Virus record (IMG/VR): IMGVR_UViG_3300011113_000640
Coordinates: 186,001-250,000 of that record
Direction: 5' to 3' (one strand)
DNA: 64,000 nt
Shown here: positions 18,099-26,134 of the stretch, piece by piece
Position numbering within the stretch: the stretch's first letter is position 1
Layout of the letters: each line of letters begins with the position of its first letter
The notes under the pieces: generated by a model
The model's database searches: none
Seen by the model: only the letters and a program-made list of their open reading frames with translations
Told to the model about the DNA's origin: nothing
Made by a program: the position numbers and the translations under genes

Positions 18099-19256
18099 TT
18101 ATAATTGATTATTGATCAAGTTTTCGACCATGGTTCCACCAAAAACTTGCAGGTAATGATCAAAGTTGTATTCTAATATGTCCTGCATTTCTAAAGCAAT
18201 ATTCTGTAACTGATTTTGATCATAATGGCAAAACTTTGATAGTGCCCGGAGGGCAACATCACATCTACCTGCAAAGTATTTCTGGTTGTCGTAAGATTCG
18301 TCGATCCAACGATCGAATGTTTTGAAACCTAGGTTTTTGATCTGATTCAGTGAATGATGTCCGCCCAGTAAAATAAATGGGCGTTTGGTTAAAACCGCTT
18401 TCCAAGTTTTTTCAGTAAAATAAGAGTAAGGATATTCGCCCACAGTTTCGGTTACTACATTCCATAGTGCTAGTTGTAAAAAATTGGCCTGATACTTTGA
18501 ATCATGTTCGTTCGGGTTTCCTTCGAGTATGGAAGAACGGTGTTTGGTCAATTTGTCAACCCATTTTAACATTATAGTTCTTTGTTCGCGAGTTAGTATC
18601 AACTGGTCATTTATCCGAGAGAGATTACTTGTCAGGCACAGATCCAAATTTTTTAGGATTGACAGATCGGCGGTGGTGTTCTTTGTAAGAGAGCCGGGTT
18701 TGTTTTCAAACCACAGCGAAGTTGCTCCTAAATCAAAAATCTCAAGCTCTTTCATCATGGCCAGAGTGTACATTCTATGCGATCTAGCCTCACCATTCAT
18801 GCACAAAAATGCAGTTTTAATTTTGTCGGTGTTTATATCCAACGACCTTACATATTGTGGCTCCAGGCACCATTGATATGGGCAATACACTGTCTGCATC
18901 CCCGGAACGTGGTATTGTCTGGCCAATCTTTCAGATTCGTCATGGATGTCATAGCTTGTGTGTAAAAATATCACATACTCGCTGGAAACATTTAGATAAG
19001 AAAAAACTTTGTAAAGATTTTGTAAAAAAAATCCCGAACTGTCTGATTCATAATAATATTCGGTGTCTTTTTGATGAATTACAATTCTTTGATCATGGTT
19101 TAACTCTTTATTTGCCCATGGTAAAAATCTTTCATAAAGTTTGTTTGGCAAAATATCAACGGACTCTCTCATAACGTCTATCCAGTCAATTATGTTATAT
19201 TTTTGTTCAAGGGCCTGGCGTATGCTGGGCCATACATTACCATGTTTATAAATCAT
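18099..19256 (-). CDS. Putative glycosyltransferase-like protein (GT10/exostosin-like C-terminus)
   Basis: FLCMNG...HR, VVTET...FTEKTWK...PF...GFKTF...DESYD. Paralog of 57754..58935. Confidence 0.55.
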   Translation of the reverse strand: MIYKHGNVWPSIRQALEQKYNIIDWIDVMRESVDILPNKLYERFLPWANKELNHDQRIVIHQKDTEYYYESDSSGFFLQNLYKVFSYLNVSSEYVIFLHTSYDIHDESERLARQYHVPGMQTVYCPYQWCLEPQYVRSLDINTDKIKTAFLCMNGEARSHRMYTLAMMKELEIFDLGATSLWFENKPGSLTKNTTADLSILKNLDLCLTSNLSRINDQLILTREQRTIMLKWVDKLTKHRSSILEGNPNEHDSKYQANFLQLALWNVVTETVGEYPYSYFTEKTWKAVLTKRPFILLGGHHSLNQIKNLGFKTFDRWIDESYDNQKYFAGRCDVALRALSKFCHYDQNQLQNIALEMQDILEYNFDHYLQVFGGTMVENLINNQL

Positions 19257-20313
19257 AATTGACCATTTGATTTTGTTCTTGTATGAGATTCACACGATCT
19301 CCACATAACCAAGCACACCTTTCAAGTTGATTACTACCCCAAGAGTTATGTATAGATGTAAACCACGGTCCGTCAACAATTTGTTTCAAAGGAGTGGAAA
19401 AACAGTTGGCTATGTGCTTGCCTCCGCTCTGTTCCATCATATCAAACAAGATTTTTCGATCTACCGAATTTTCACTTTCAACTCCGTACAGTCTATCATG
19501 TAACCAACCACAGGGAAAGACAAACCCATCAGCACCAATGTAAATTTCATTTTTATGCAAATAATAGCAATTTATTTTTGCAGTTGTAGTATAAGAGTCA
19601 GTGTCAATCCTGTGTAGTATATCATACTGCTGATTCAAATAGGCTGGATCGGTAGAAGGTTTGATTTGATAAACAGGTCGAAGATCGTCGTCAAGAACTT
19701 GCACAAAGGGAACAAGTTTGTGTTGCTTGTTGAAAAATCGAGAGGTTTTTTTCACATTGAATGTGTTGAACCCCAACTGTTGGCTGAGCAATCTGGCCCC
19801 TTCGACTTGATGCTGATTGTGCTCAAATACAATAAAATCCCAGTGAGCACATCCTCCTGAGTCAATAAAAGTTTGGACGTTGTTCATCAAACGATTCCAA
19901 CTTGCGTTTCTACGATAAAGATGATTGGTGTCCTCCAACCCGTCGATTCCAAATGCCATAAAGTCTGCCAATTGTGCCAGCTCTTGATATTGCCCAGGAC
20001 GCCCTAACGACCCATTGGTATGGATGCCTATTTGCAATTCAGGGTTGGCAGTTTTCAACCACGAACACATGTCAACTATATTTTTGTTGAACATGGGGTC
20101 TCCATAGGTGCCACAAAAATATATGAATTCTAATTGATTTATAAAATCGATGTCAAGTATATTTTTTAAATCCTGGAGACTCCAGTTGATTAACGGTAAA
20201 TCGGCAACTGTTGGCCCACCATAATGATTTCTAGGACATTGGGGACAGGCAACATTGCAGTGCGAACTTATCTCAAGTTGCAAAGACTGAATGTTTTGAT
20301 AGGCATACCTCAT
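19246..20313 (-). CDS. Radical SAM protein with a C-terminal SPASM/twitch-like domain
   Basis: CNVACPQC, CGTYGDP, HTNGS, GIDG; C-terminal FPCGW...CAWLC. Confidence 0.9.
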   Translation of the reverse strand: MRYAYQNIQSLQLEISSHCNVACPQCPRNHYGGPTVADLPLINWSLQDLKNILDIDFINQLEFIYFCGTYGDPMFNKNIVDMCSWLKTANPELQIGIHTNGSLGRPGQYQELAQLADFMAFGIDGLEDTNHLYRRNASWNRLMNNVQTFIDSGGCAHWDFIVFEHNQHQVEGARLLSQQLGFNTFNVKKTSRFFNKQHKLVPFVQVLDDDLRPVYQIKPSTDPAYLNQQYDILHRIDTDSYTTTAKINCYYLHKNEIYIGADGFVFPCGWLHDRLYGVESENSVDRKILFDMMEQSGGKHIANCFSTPLKQIVDGPWFTSIHNSWGSNQLERCAWLCGDRVNLIQEQNQMVNYDL

Positions 20314-20396
20314 TTGGATTCACCCACCACAACATAGTCGTGCAAGGCTTTGCTGATGCTTCGTGACAAATCACCGATTCCTAAAATTAGTATCAT
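20310..20396 (-). pseudogene. 28-aa mini-ORF (MILILGIGDLSRSISKALHDYVVVGESK), possible remnant of a Rossmann-fold gene
   Basis: Fills the gap exactly, with ATGA overlaps at both ends. Begins with a hydrophobic strand followed by GxG. Confidence 0.45.
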
Positions 20397-21406
20397 AAAT
20401 TTTGATAGATTTTCAACAATAACTTGGGATCGTAAAAGTCGCTTTCAATATTGGTCAGCTGATCTGTGACGATCTGATCCACGCTTTCAAACTTGACTTC
20501 ACCGGGCGCCATATCCGTATCTACCGCTGTGCTTTTAACTGGAATCAGGGCCATTTCTCTCAGGCTGTAATCTCGGACAAAGGTGTCCTTGATAAAATTA
20601 GCTTCTTCATAGCTGATGTCAATGTCCAGTTCCACACGCACATGCATGTTCCGGGCCAACAATGTGGGTGCGTTGTCAATGACCTGGCTCAGTTTCAATA
20701 CTTTGTAAAGAGGTTGTCCAGGCCAAGCATGGAACACAGGTTCCTGACCCCACGCTAAGGTCATCATGCCACGTGCAGCATCGCCGGCGTCGGCATAGTT
20801 GTGTGGAAAGCAGTTGCCGATGTAGTGTATGTTCTTTTTCTGTTGCCGTAAATGGAAGTGCCCAGAGAACACACGTTCAAAGTTGCCAAAGTGGTCAACC
20901 TGTATGTCGCCGTGATCGGGCATTTCCACCATGGCATTCATTTTGAAATGTGGCAGTTCAAAGTGCCCAAACATGTACTGGCCTTTTAATTTTGGTATCT
21001 TTTTATGATCATCTCCGACCAGCCAAGGTGCTATGACTACATCGCCGTCTTGAAACCAGTCATTGACGATTTGGATGTTGGGTATGTGTCGGGCCCATTC
21101 GGTTGAATAGATATCACGCTTGTCACGATAGTACAAGTCATGGTTGCCAGGAATAAAGTAAAATCTATCAAAAGCCGCTGATAATTTTTCCAGGCTACGC
21201 AAACTATACTGTAGCGTTTGCATATTGATTGCCGCACGCTGATGGCTCCAGTCGCCTAGGAACATACCGGTTTCGCAACCATTGGCCTGGGCCGTGGCAA
21301 TAAACCAATCAATGAAGTCACTGCAATCTTGATTGTGGACCAGGCTGTTTGACTTTAAGCCAAAGTGGATATCGGTGCAAACAGCAACTTTACGAAATAA
21401 ATTCAA
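20393..21406 (-). CDS. gp47: Recombination endonuclease nuclease subunit, gp47/SbcD/Mre11-like
   Basis: TDIHFG, LGDW, GNHD, GHFE and SGHFH metallophosphoesterase motifs. TTG start overlaps the upstream stop. Confidence 0.95.
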   Translation of the reverse strand: MNLFRKVAVCTDIHFGLKSNSLVHNQDCSDFIDWFIATAQANGCETGMFLGDWSHQRAAINMQTLQYSLRSLEKLSAAFDRFYFIPGNHDLYYRDKRDIYSTEWARHIPNIQIVNDWFQDGDVVIAPWLVGDDHKKIPKLKGQYMFGHFELPHFKMNAMVEMPDHGDIQVDHFGNFERVFSGHFHLRQQKKNIHYIGNCFPHNYADAGDAARGMMTLAWGQEPVFHAWPGQPLYKVLKLSQVIDNAPTLLARNMHVRVELDIDISYEEANFIKDTFVRDYSLREMALIPVKSTAVDTDMAPGEVKFESVDQIVTDQLTNIESDFYDPKLLLKIYQNL

Positions 21407-22209
21407 AATTTATACTTTTTTTCAATGTAATGTAAAATGGCATTTGAAATCGCTGTGTTGACCAGATGTCCTGGGTGGGCACCGTCGTCAGCATAATCTC
21501 TCACCAAAGTTGGATCCAGTCCATAAATCGTCTCGATGCGATTATATCCTATGCAGTTTGATTTGTCTATAGATAGGTAAGCCAAAATAAGAGATGACAA
21601 TTTTTTGTAAAGATAGTCATCAGAATTGTCATCAAAATTTAGTAGGTCTTTGATGCAAGATGGAATATTCAAGGAAGGAATATTGTCTTTAGGCCACTGT
21701 TCTGCTAATGTTTCAAGTTCTGGTATATAATTTATAGATCCTCTTACAAACACATAAGGTATACAATTTTTATTTAAGAAAGATTGTATCATGATCTGAT
21801 CATGCAACCAATGTTTTAAAGCCATGTAATCATTTAGATAATGGGATACTAGCAGTTTTTCAATTGTGTATGGAGCATTGCCAACTGTCATACGTCCCTT
21901 CGCCGAAGGCAAGATCTGAGTCTCGTCGTCAACATTGTTGAGTTCCTCATACAACCAAAATCGATGCAAACTACTCCATTGCACTATACAAAAATCATAA
22001 TGATCTGACAGACAATTCTCTACAGTTCTTTGAGCTATTTCTCGATTGCTGCATCCACCCATTGCCCGATTGGTAATTTTCCATCCGGTTTTAGCTTCTA
22101 TTATACCGTGGTAGGTTTTGTCTAAGTTGTTTTCCTTCCACCCAGATTGTTCATTATTTGCGCTATAAGAACATCCTGTAATGAGAACTTTTTGGATATT
22201 GTGGGTCAT
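21403..22209 (-). CDS. SGNH/GDSL-fold hypothetical protein (esterase or acyltransferase-like)
   Basis: ITGCSYS (block I), NRAMGGCSN (block II), DDGAHP (DxxHP, block V). Visibly AT-rich. Confidence 0.6.
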   Translation of the reverse strand: MTHNIQKVLITGCSYSANNEQSGWKENNLDKTYHGIIEAKTGWKITNRAMGGCSNREIAQRTVENCLSDHYDFCIVQWSSLHRFWLYEELNNVDDETQILPSAKGRMTVGNAPYTIEKLLVSHYLNDYMALKHWLHDQIMIQSFLNKNCIPYVFVRGSINYIPELETLAEQWPKDNIPSLNIPSCIKDLLNFDDNSDDYLYKKLSSLILAYLSIDKSNCIGYNRIETIYGLDPTLVRDYADDGAHPGHLVNTAISNAILHYIEKKYKF

Positions 22210-22221
22210 TTAGCGATTATA

Positions 22222-23124
22222 CTACTGTTCAGAGATGATTACGACCTCTCCGGCAACGTGAGCAGGATTCTTTCGACCAGCATTCTGGCGAGTCCACGAT
22301 GGATTGAGTCCGGCTTGTTCCAGCATGTCATCACGAATGTTTTGATTTTTCTTTTCTAGATTCAAGATTCTTGTAAAACTATTTGTGATGGCCGCTGTGT
22401 AATAGGCAAAAGGATTTTGACTTTTTGATTCATCAAATTGCAGGCCGATCTGGCTGAGTTGTAACAGCGCCTGGCCACGCATTTCTTCGTTGTAGGTATA
22501 GCCACGCCAGTTTGATCTAGTGGCATAGCGTTCGCATAATTTCATAAACATGGTGGCCAAGATACGGGTCATGGTGCCGTGATCCTTGCTGAACTCGCCG
22601 TGCTCGAGGTCACCCTTCCAGTGGCTCTTGCCCACCAGGTATGGCACCTTGTTTTCGTCCAAGCGATAGTGATAAAAAGGAGGAAAGTTCAAGCGCACAT
22701 GTTTTTCATCCAACACAGGTTGTTCCAACAATTCAGCAAGTGGATCGTCCTCATCCAACACGTCCAGTTCAAATATGTCTTCTATTTTCTTTTTCTTTTG
22801 CTGACTTTTTGGAATTTTTTTGGGTGCCATGGGTATGTGTTCCCAGCAGGTTATGCGGAACACCAGATCTGTGTTGGGGATTTTTTTAGGATCAACGTCT
22901 ACGCCAGTTTCGCGTCGTATACGATCTGCACGATTTCTCCTGGCTTCCGCCACGGTGCGCTGATTGATTTTAGCCACTGTGGGCAAAATTATGTCATACT
23001 GGTGATCTGTCGCAGGGTCACGATAGGTGCAGTAGGTATTTTTGCTTAGGTGTATCTGTTTTAAGATGTCTCTGTTGTTGAGATAGTTGGTTTTTGCTGG
23101 GGTTCTTGTGACAGTGTTTGGCAC
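22222..23124 (-). CDS. gp55: Late-transcription sigma factor, gp55-like (extended)
   Basis: NYLNNRDIL, NWRGYTYNEEM, FDESKSQNPFAYYT...NSF. GTG start with an AGGAG SD. Confidence 0.9.
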   Translation of the reverse strand: MPNTVTRTPAKTNYLNNRDILKQIHLSKNTYCTYRDPATDHQYDIILPTVAKINQRTVAEARRNRADRIRRETGVDVDPKKIPNTDLVFRITCWEHIPMAPKKIPKSQQKKKKIEDIFELDVLDEDDPLAELLEQPVLDEKHVRLNFPPFYHYRLDENKVPYLVGKSHWKGDLEHGEFSKDHGTMTRILATMFMKLCERYATRSNWRGYTYNEEMRGQALLQLSQIGLQFDESKSQNPFAYYTAAITNSFTRILNLEKKNQNIRDDMLEQAGLNPSWTRQNAGRKNPAHVAGEVVIISEQ

Positions 23125-23143
23125 TAAAATTCTCCTGAGATAT

Positions 23144-23180
23144 TATTTATTGTAGCACAAAAAGCCAGGTTGTCAACCTG
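23144..23180 (-). promoter_or_regulatory. sigma70 promoter of gp55 with an overlapping late motif and an operator-like palindrome
   Basis: TTGACA(23171-76)-16 nt-TACAAT(23149-54), with TG in the extended -10 position. ATAAATA at 23144-50. Palindrome CAGGTTGnCAACCTG at 23166-80. Confidence 0.7.
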
Positions 23181-23210
23181 AATCATAATATAGGTGGTTT
23201 ATTTTTACGG

Positions 23211-23216
23211 TAAATA
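23211..23216 (+). promoter_or_regulatory. Late promoter TAAATA for the baseplate operon
   Basis: TAAATA followed by an AGGA SD and ATG 23235. Confidence 0.6.
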
Positions 23217-23234
23217 CGGTATAGGAAAACAACA

Positions 23235-24476
23235 ATGGCCGACCAACCACCACTACCAGTAGATCCTGCTGTAGATCCTGATGTACCGCAAGGCACTGTG
23301 ACCATTACAGGAGCTTCCTCTATCTTTGACAATGCACTGCCTGTGGATCCTGCTGTAGATCCTGATGTCCCACAACCCAACAATCAAAATAATTTGCCTG
23401 TAGAACAAGAATTTGGCAACACCGATGGTTACGGTGCCCAGAATGAGATTGCGGTTTCTATCACAGATATAAACACTGAGCCTTCTATCATTGGCGACGA
23501 AGATGCGCAACAGCGAGCATTCCGAACAGGTGTTGCACCCGGCGACGAAGATGCGCAACAAAGGCCATTCCAAACATTTGCCGCACCCGGCGATGAAGAT
23601 GCGCAACAGGCAGCATTCAGGAGCAGTGAAGTACAGGTAGGCACCATACAGGCTCGGAATCAACAAACCAATGCCAGCCTGGCCCAGGCCACGTTTCCAC
23701 AAAACAACGACTGGCGTGTGACCCTGCGTCTAGCGCCCAATGCCAACTACCTGTACAAGGCCGGATACAGCAAAGACAATCCCAACGGTCCCGGTATCCT
23801 GGCACCCTTGGCCGTGACCAATGGTGTGGTGTTCCCCTACACTCCTGCCATCAGCACTGCCTACAAGGCTGACTACAGTAGCTATGATCTAATACACAGC
23901 AACTACCGTGGCTATTTTTACAAAAACAGTTATATGGATCAAATCACCATGAATGCAACCTTTACGGCCCAGAGCACATCTGATGCACAATATGTGTTGG
24001 CCGTGATACATTTTTTCCGCAGTGTGACCAAAATGTTTTATGGTCAGGATGCACAGAAAGGAAGCCCTCCTCCTTTGGTGTTCCTCAGCGGACTTGGAGA
24101 TTTTCAATACAACAATCATCCCTGCTTGGTCAGCCAGTTCAACTACAAGTTGCCGGCCGATGTTGACTACATCAGTTCAGGCACACCCAACAATCTTGGC
24201 CTGAACCTGGCTCCCTTGCAAAATCTTTTTTCCACTACCATAAATTCTTTTGGACCCACGGCTCAAAGATTGGCCCAGGCCTTTTTGCCACCAGGTGCGC
24301 AGAATGCCTTGCCAGCACCCCTGCAACAGTTGATCAATTCCAATCCCACATATGTTCCCAGCAAGATAGACATTGATCTGATCTTGTATCCGGTACAAAC
24401 ACGTCAGCAGGTCAGCACGCAGTTCAGTCTCAAAAACTTTGCTTCTGGACAACTACTTAGAGGAGGGTTCTGGTAA
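23235..24476 (+). CDS. Baseplate/tail-tube initiator-like protein (gp48/gp54-type)
   Basis: VVFPYTP, HSNY, FFRSVTKMFYG, GSPPPLVFLSG, LPADVDYI. Lies directly upstream of the gp53-like gene. Confidence 0.6.
   Translation: MADQPPLPVDPAVDPDVPQGTVTITGASSIFDNALPVDPAVDPDVPQPNNQNNLPVEQEFGNTDGYGAQNEIAVSITDINTEPSIIGDEDAQQRAFRTGVAPGDEDAQQRPFQTFAAPGDEDAQQAAFRSSEVQVGTIQARNQQTNASLAQATFPQNNDWRVTLRLAPNANYLYKAGYSKDNPNGPGILAPLAVTNGVVFPYTPAISTAYKADYSSYDLIHSNYRGYFYKNSYMDQITMNATFTAQSTSDAQYVLAVIHFFRSVTKMFYGQDAQKGSPPPLVFLSGLGDFQYNNHPCLVSQFNYKLPADVDYISSGTPNNLGLNLAPLQNLFSTTINSFGPTAQRLAQAFLPPGAQNALPAPLQQLINSNPTYVPSKIDIDLILYPVQTRQQVSTQFSLKNFASGQLLRGGFW
23250..23608 (+). repeat. Intragenic repeats: 2x LPVDPAVDPDVPQ and 3x GDEDAQQ (48-nt period)
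   Basis: Copies at ~23250 and ~23334. GGCGAYGAAGATGCGCAACA at 23493, 23541 and 23589. Confidence 0.85.
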
Positions 24477-24778
24477 TGGCCGGACAATACACTTCGACCA
24501 GTCCATATTTCTTGACTGGCTACAGCCAATTCTTTCTGGATGTTATGACCAACAGGCCCATACCCAGGGCCACAGATGATCTCCTGTTTACCATCAATAC
24601 CACGTTCCAGTATAGACCCGATCTTTTGGCCTATGACCTTTATGGTGATGCTGGCCTATGGTGGGTGTTCTATCAACGCAACCCTAATAGTCTGACTGCA
24701 CCGCCCATGGACTTTGAAGCCGGTGTTCCTATCTATCTTCCCAAGTTGGAAACACTGAAAACAGTGCTAGGATTCTAA
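24476..24778 (+). CDS. gp53: Baseplate wedge protein, gp53-like (LysM-like)
   Basis: YRPDLLAYDLYGDAGLWWVF...N. Confidence 0.85.
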   Translation: MAGQYTSTSPYFLTGYSQFFLDVMTNRPIPRATDDLLFTINTTFQYRPDLLAYDLYGDAGLWWVFYQRNPNSLTAPPMDFEAGVPIYLPKLETLKTVLGF

Positions 24779-24779
24779 C

Positions 24780-26132
24780 ATGAGTAGTTTGACTGCTGTT
24801 CCAGGGTACACCGAACTCAACAATCGTATTGAAGCTTTAGTAGCTCAAAACAGTGCATTGGCCGAGCAAGAATCAGCTGCACTTTCAAGCGGGAATACTC
24901 AAGCAGCCGAAAGTTATAGAAATCAATCTGCGGAGTTAATAATACAGATATCTGAACTACAGGCACAACGGCAAACCTTGGTTGAGGACTATGTGACATC
25001 TGGACAAAATTTGGCCAGCCCTGCAGTGACCACGAGTCAAAGTCAAAGCACTCCGCCTGCCAATGCCCGAGACGATGGCCTCGCACAAGCCCCAAGTCAA
25101 GGCGGCGTGGGCGCTGGTACGAGCAACAACTCTCAAGCCAGTATTAATGCTGACAACAATCCCACACCCACTGGTGTGTCTAATCAGGTATCTATCAGCA
25201 CGTCCACAGCCGCACTAAACAAGCTGATTCCCACCCAGCCCAATCAGCTGGATCAGTACAGCAGTTATACCTACAACATTGGTTGGTATCTGCTGACACC
25301 ACAGCAGTTCAATGCCATGCAAAGAAGTCAGAAACCCAGTGCGGCTGGTTGGCAGTTGCTGATGCAAAGTGGAGGCGCACCCATTGCCGGTCGCAGTCCA
25401 GCATTTCCACTTGACTACTACATGGACGATCTGGAAATTGATACTAGAATACTTGGCGGCGGCAGCAACTTGGCCAACATAGCCACGGATATCAGATTCA
25501 AGGTGGTCGAACCCAATGGCATAACCTTGATTGAAAACTTGTTCAGAGCCGTGGTTTCTGCCTACGGTCGAGCACAACAACCACAGGCCACGACTACCAA
25601 CAATGGTGCCTCATCTGCCACAGCACCAGTGACCAATCAGACTCCAAATTACGTAGCGGCCTTTTATTGCTTGGTTATCTCTTTTTACGGCTACGACAAA
25701 GATGGCAATGTCGTGGCTCCTGTCAAGGGCGGTTTTAACACCGAGACCGGTTATGGCAAAACTGATGTGATAACCAAGTACTATCCTTTCAGGATCACAG
25801 ACATCAAATTCACCGTGGCCAACCGTGCCATAGAGTACTCAATCACAGCCAAACCACAGTCTTATAGCATGCATGCCACCACGGACCGTGGCACTGTGCC
25901 GTTTCCATTTGTCATGACCGGGCAGACTGTACAACAACTACTCACAGGCAGTCCTGTGGGCACTACCTATGGCACCAATCAAGCTGATCCTGCAGCTCGC
26001 CAAGATCAGCCTGCCCCAGTCAATCAAGCAGTGGCTGCATCGGTGTTGGTCGAACAAAGCCGTGCAGGTGTTGATGCCAACGGTAATTTCACTGGTGAAA
26101 CCACCAGTCCCTTTAATATAGTAGCTCCATAA
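24780..26132 (+). CDS. Baseplate hub-like protein, N-terminal part
   Basis: PNQLDQYSSYTYNI, DYYMDDLEI, FKVVEPNG. Lies between gp53 and gp5. Confidence 0.6.
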   Translation: MSSLTAVPGYTELNNRIEALVAQNSALAEQESAALSSGNTQAAESYRNQSAELIIQISELQAQRQTLVEDYVTSGQNLASPAVTTSQSQSTPPANARDDGLAQAPSQGGVGAGTSNNSQASINADNNPTPTGVSNQVSISTSTAALNKLIPTQPNQLDQYSSYTYNIGWYLLTPQQFNAMQRSQKPSAAGWQLLMQSGGAPIAGRSPAFPLDYYMDDLEIDTRILGGGSNLANIATDIRFKVVEPNGITLIENLFRAVVSAYGRAQQPQATTTNNGASSATAPVTNQTPNYVAAFYCLVISFYGYDKDGNVVAPVKGGFNTETGYGKTDVITKYYPFRITDIKFTVANRAIEYSITAKPQSYSMHATTDRGTVPFPFVMTGQTVQQLLTGSPVGTTYGTNQADPAARQDQPAPVNQAVAASVLVEQSRAGVDANGNFTGETTSPFNIVAP

Positions 26133-26134
26133 TC

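Noticed and set aside
23493-23608. Regularly spaced 20-nt repeats resembling a mini-CRISPR
   Set aside because: They are in frame within a CDS, the spacers resemble each other, and no cas genes are present.
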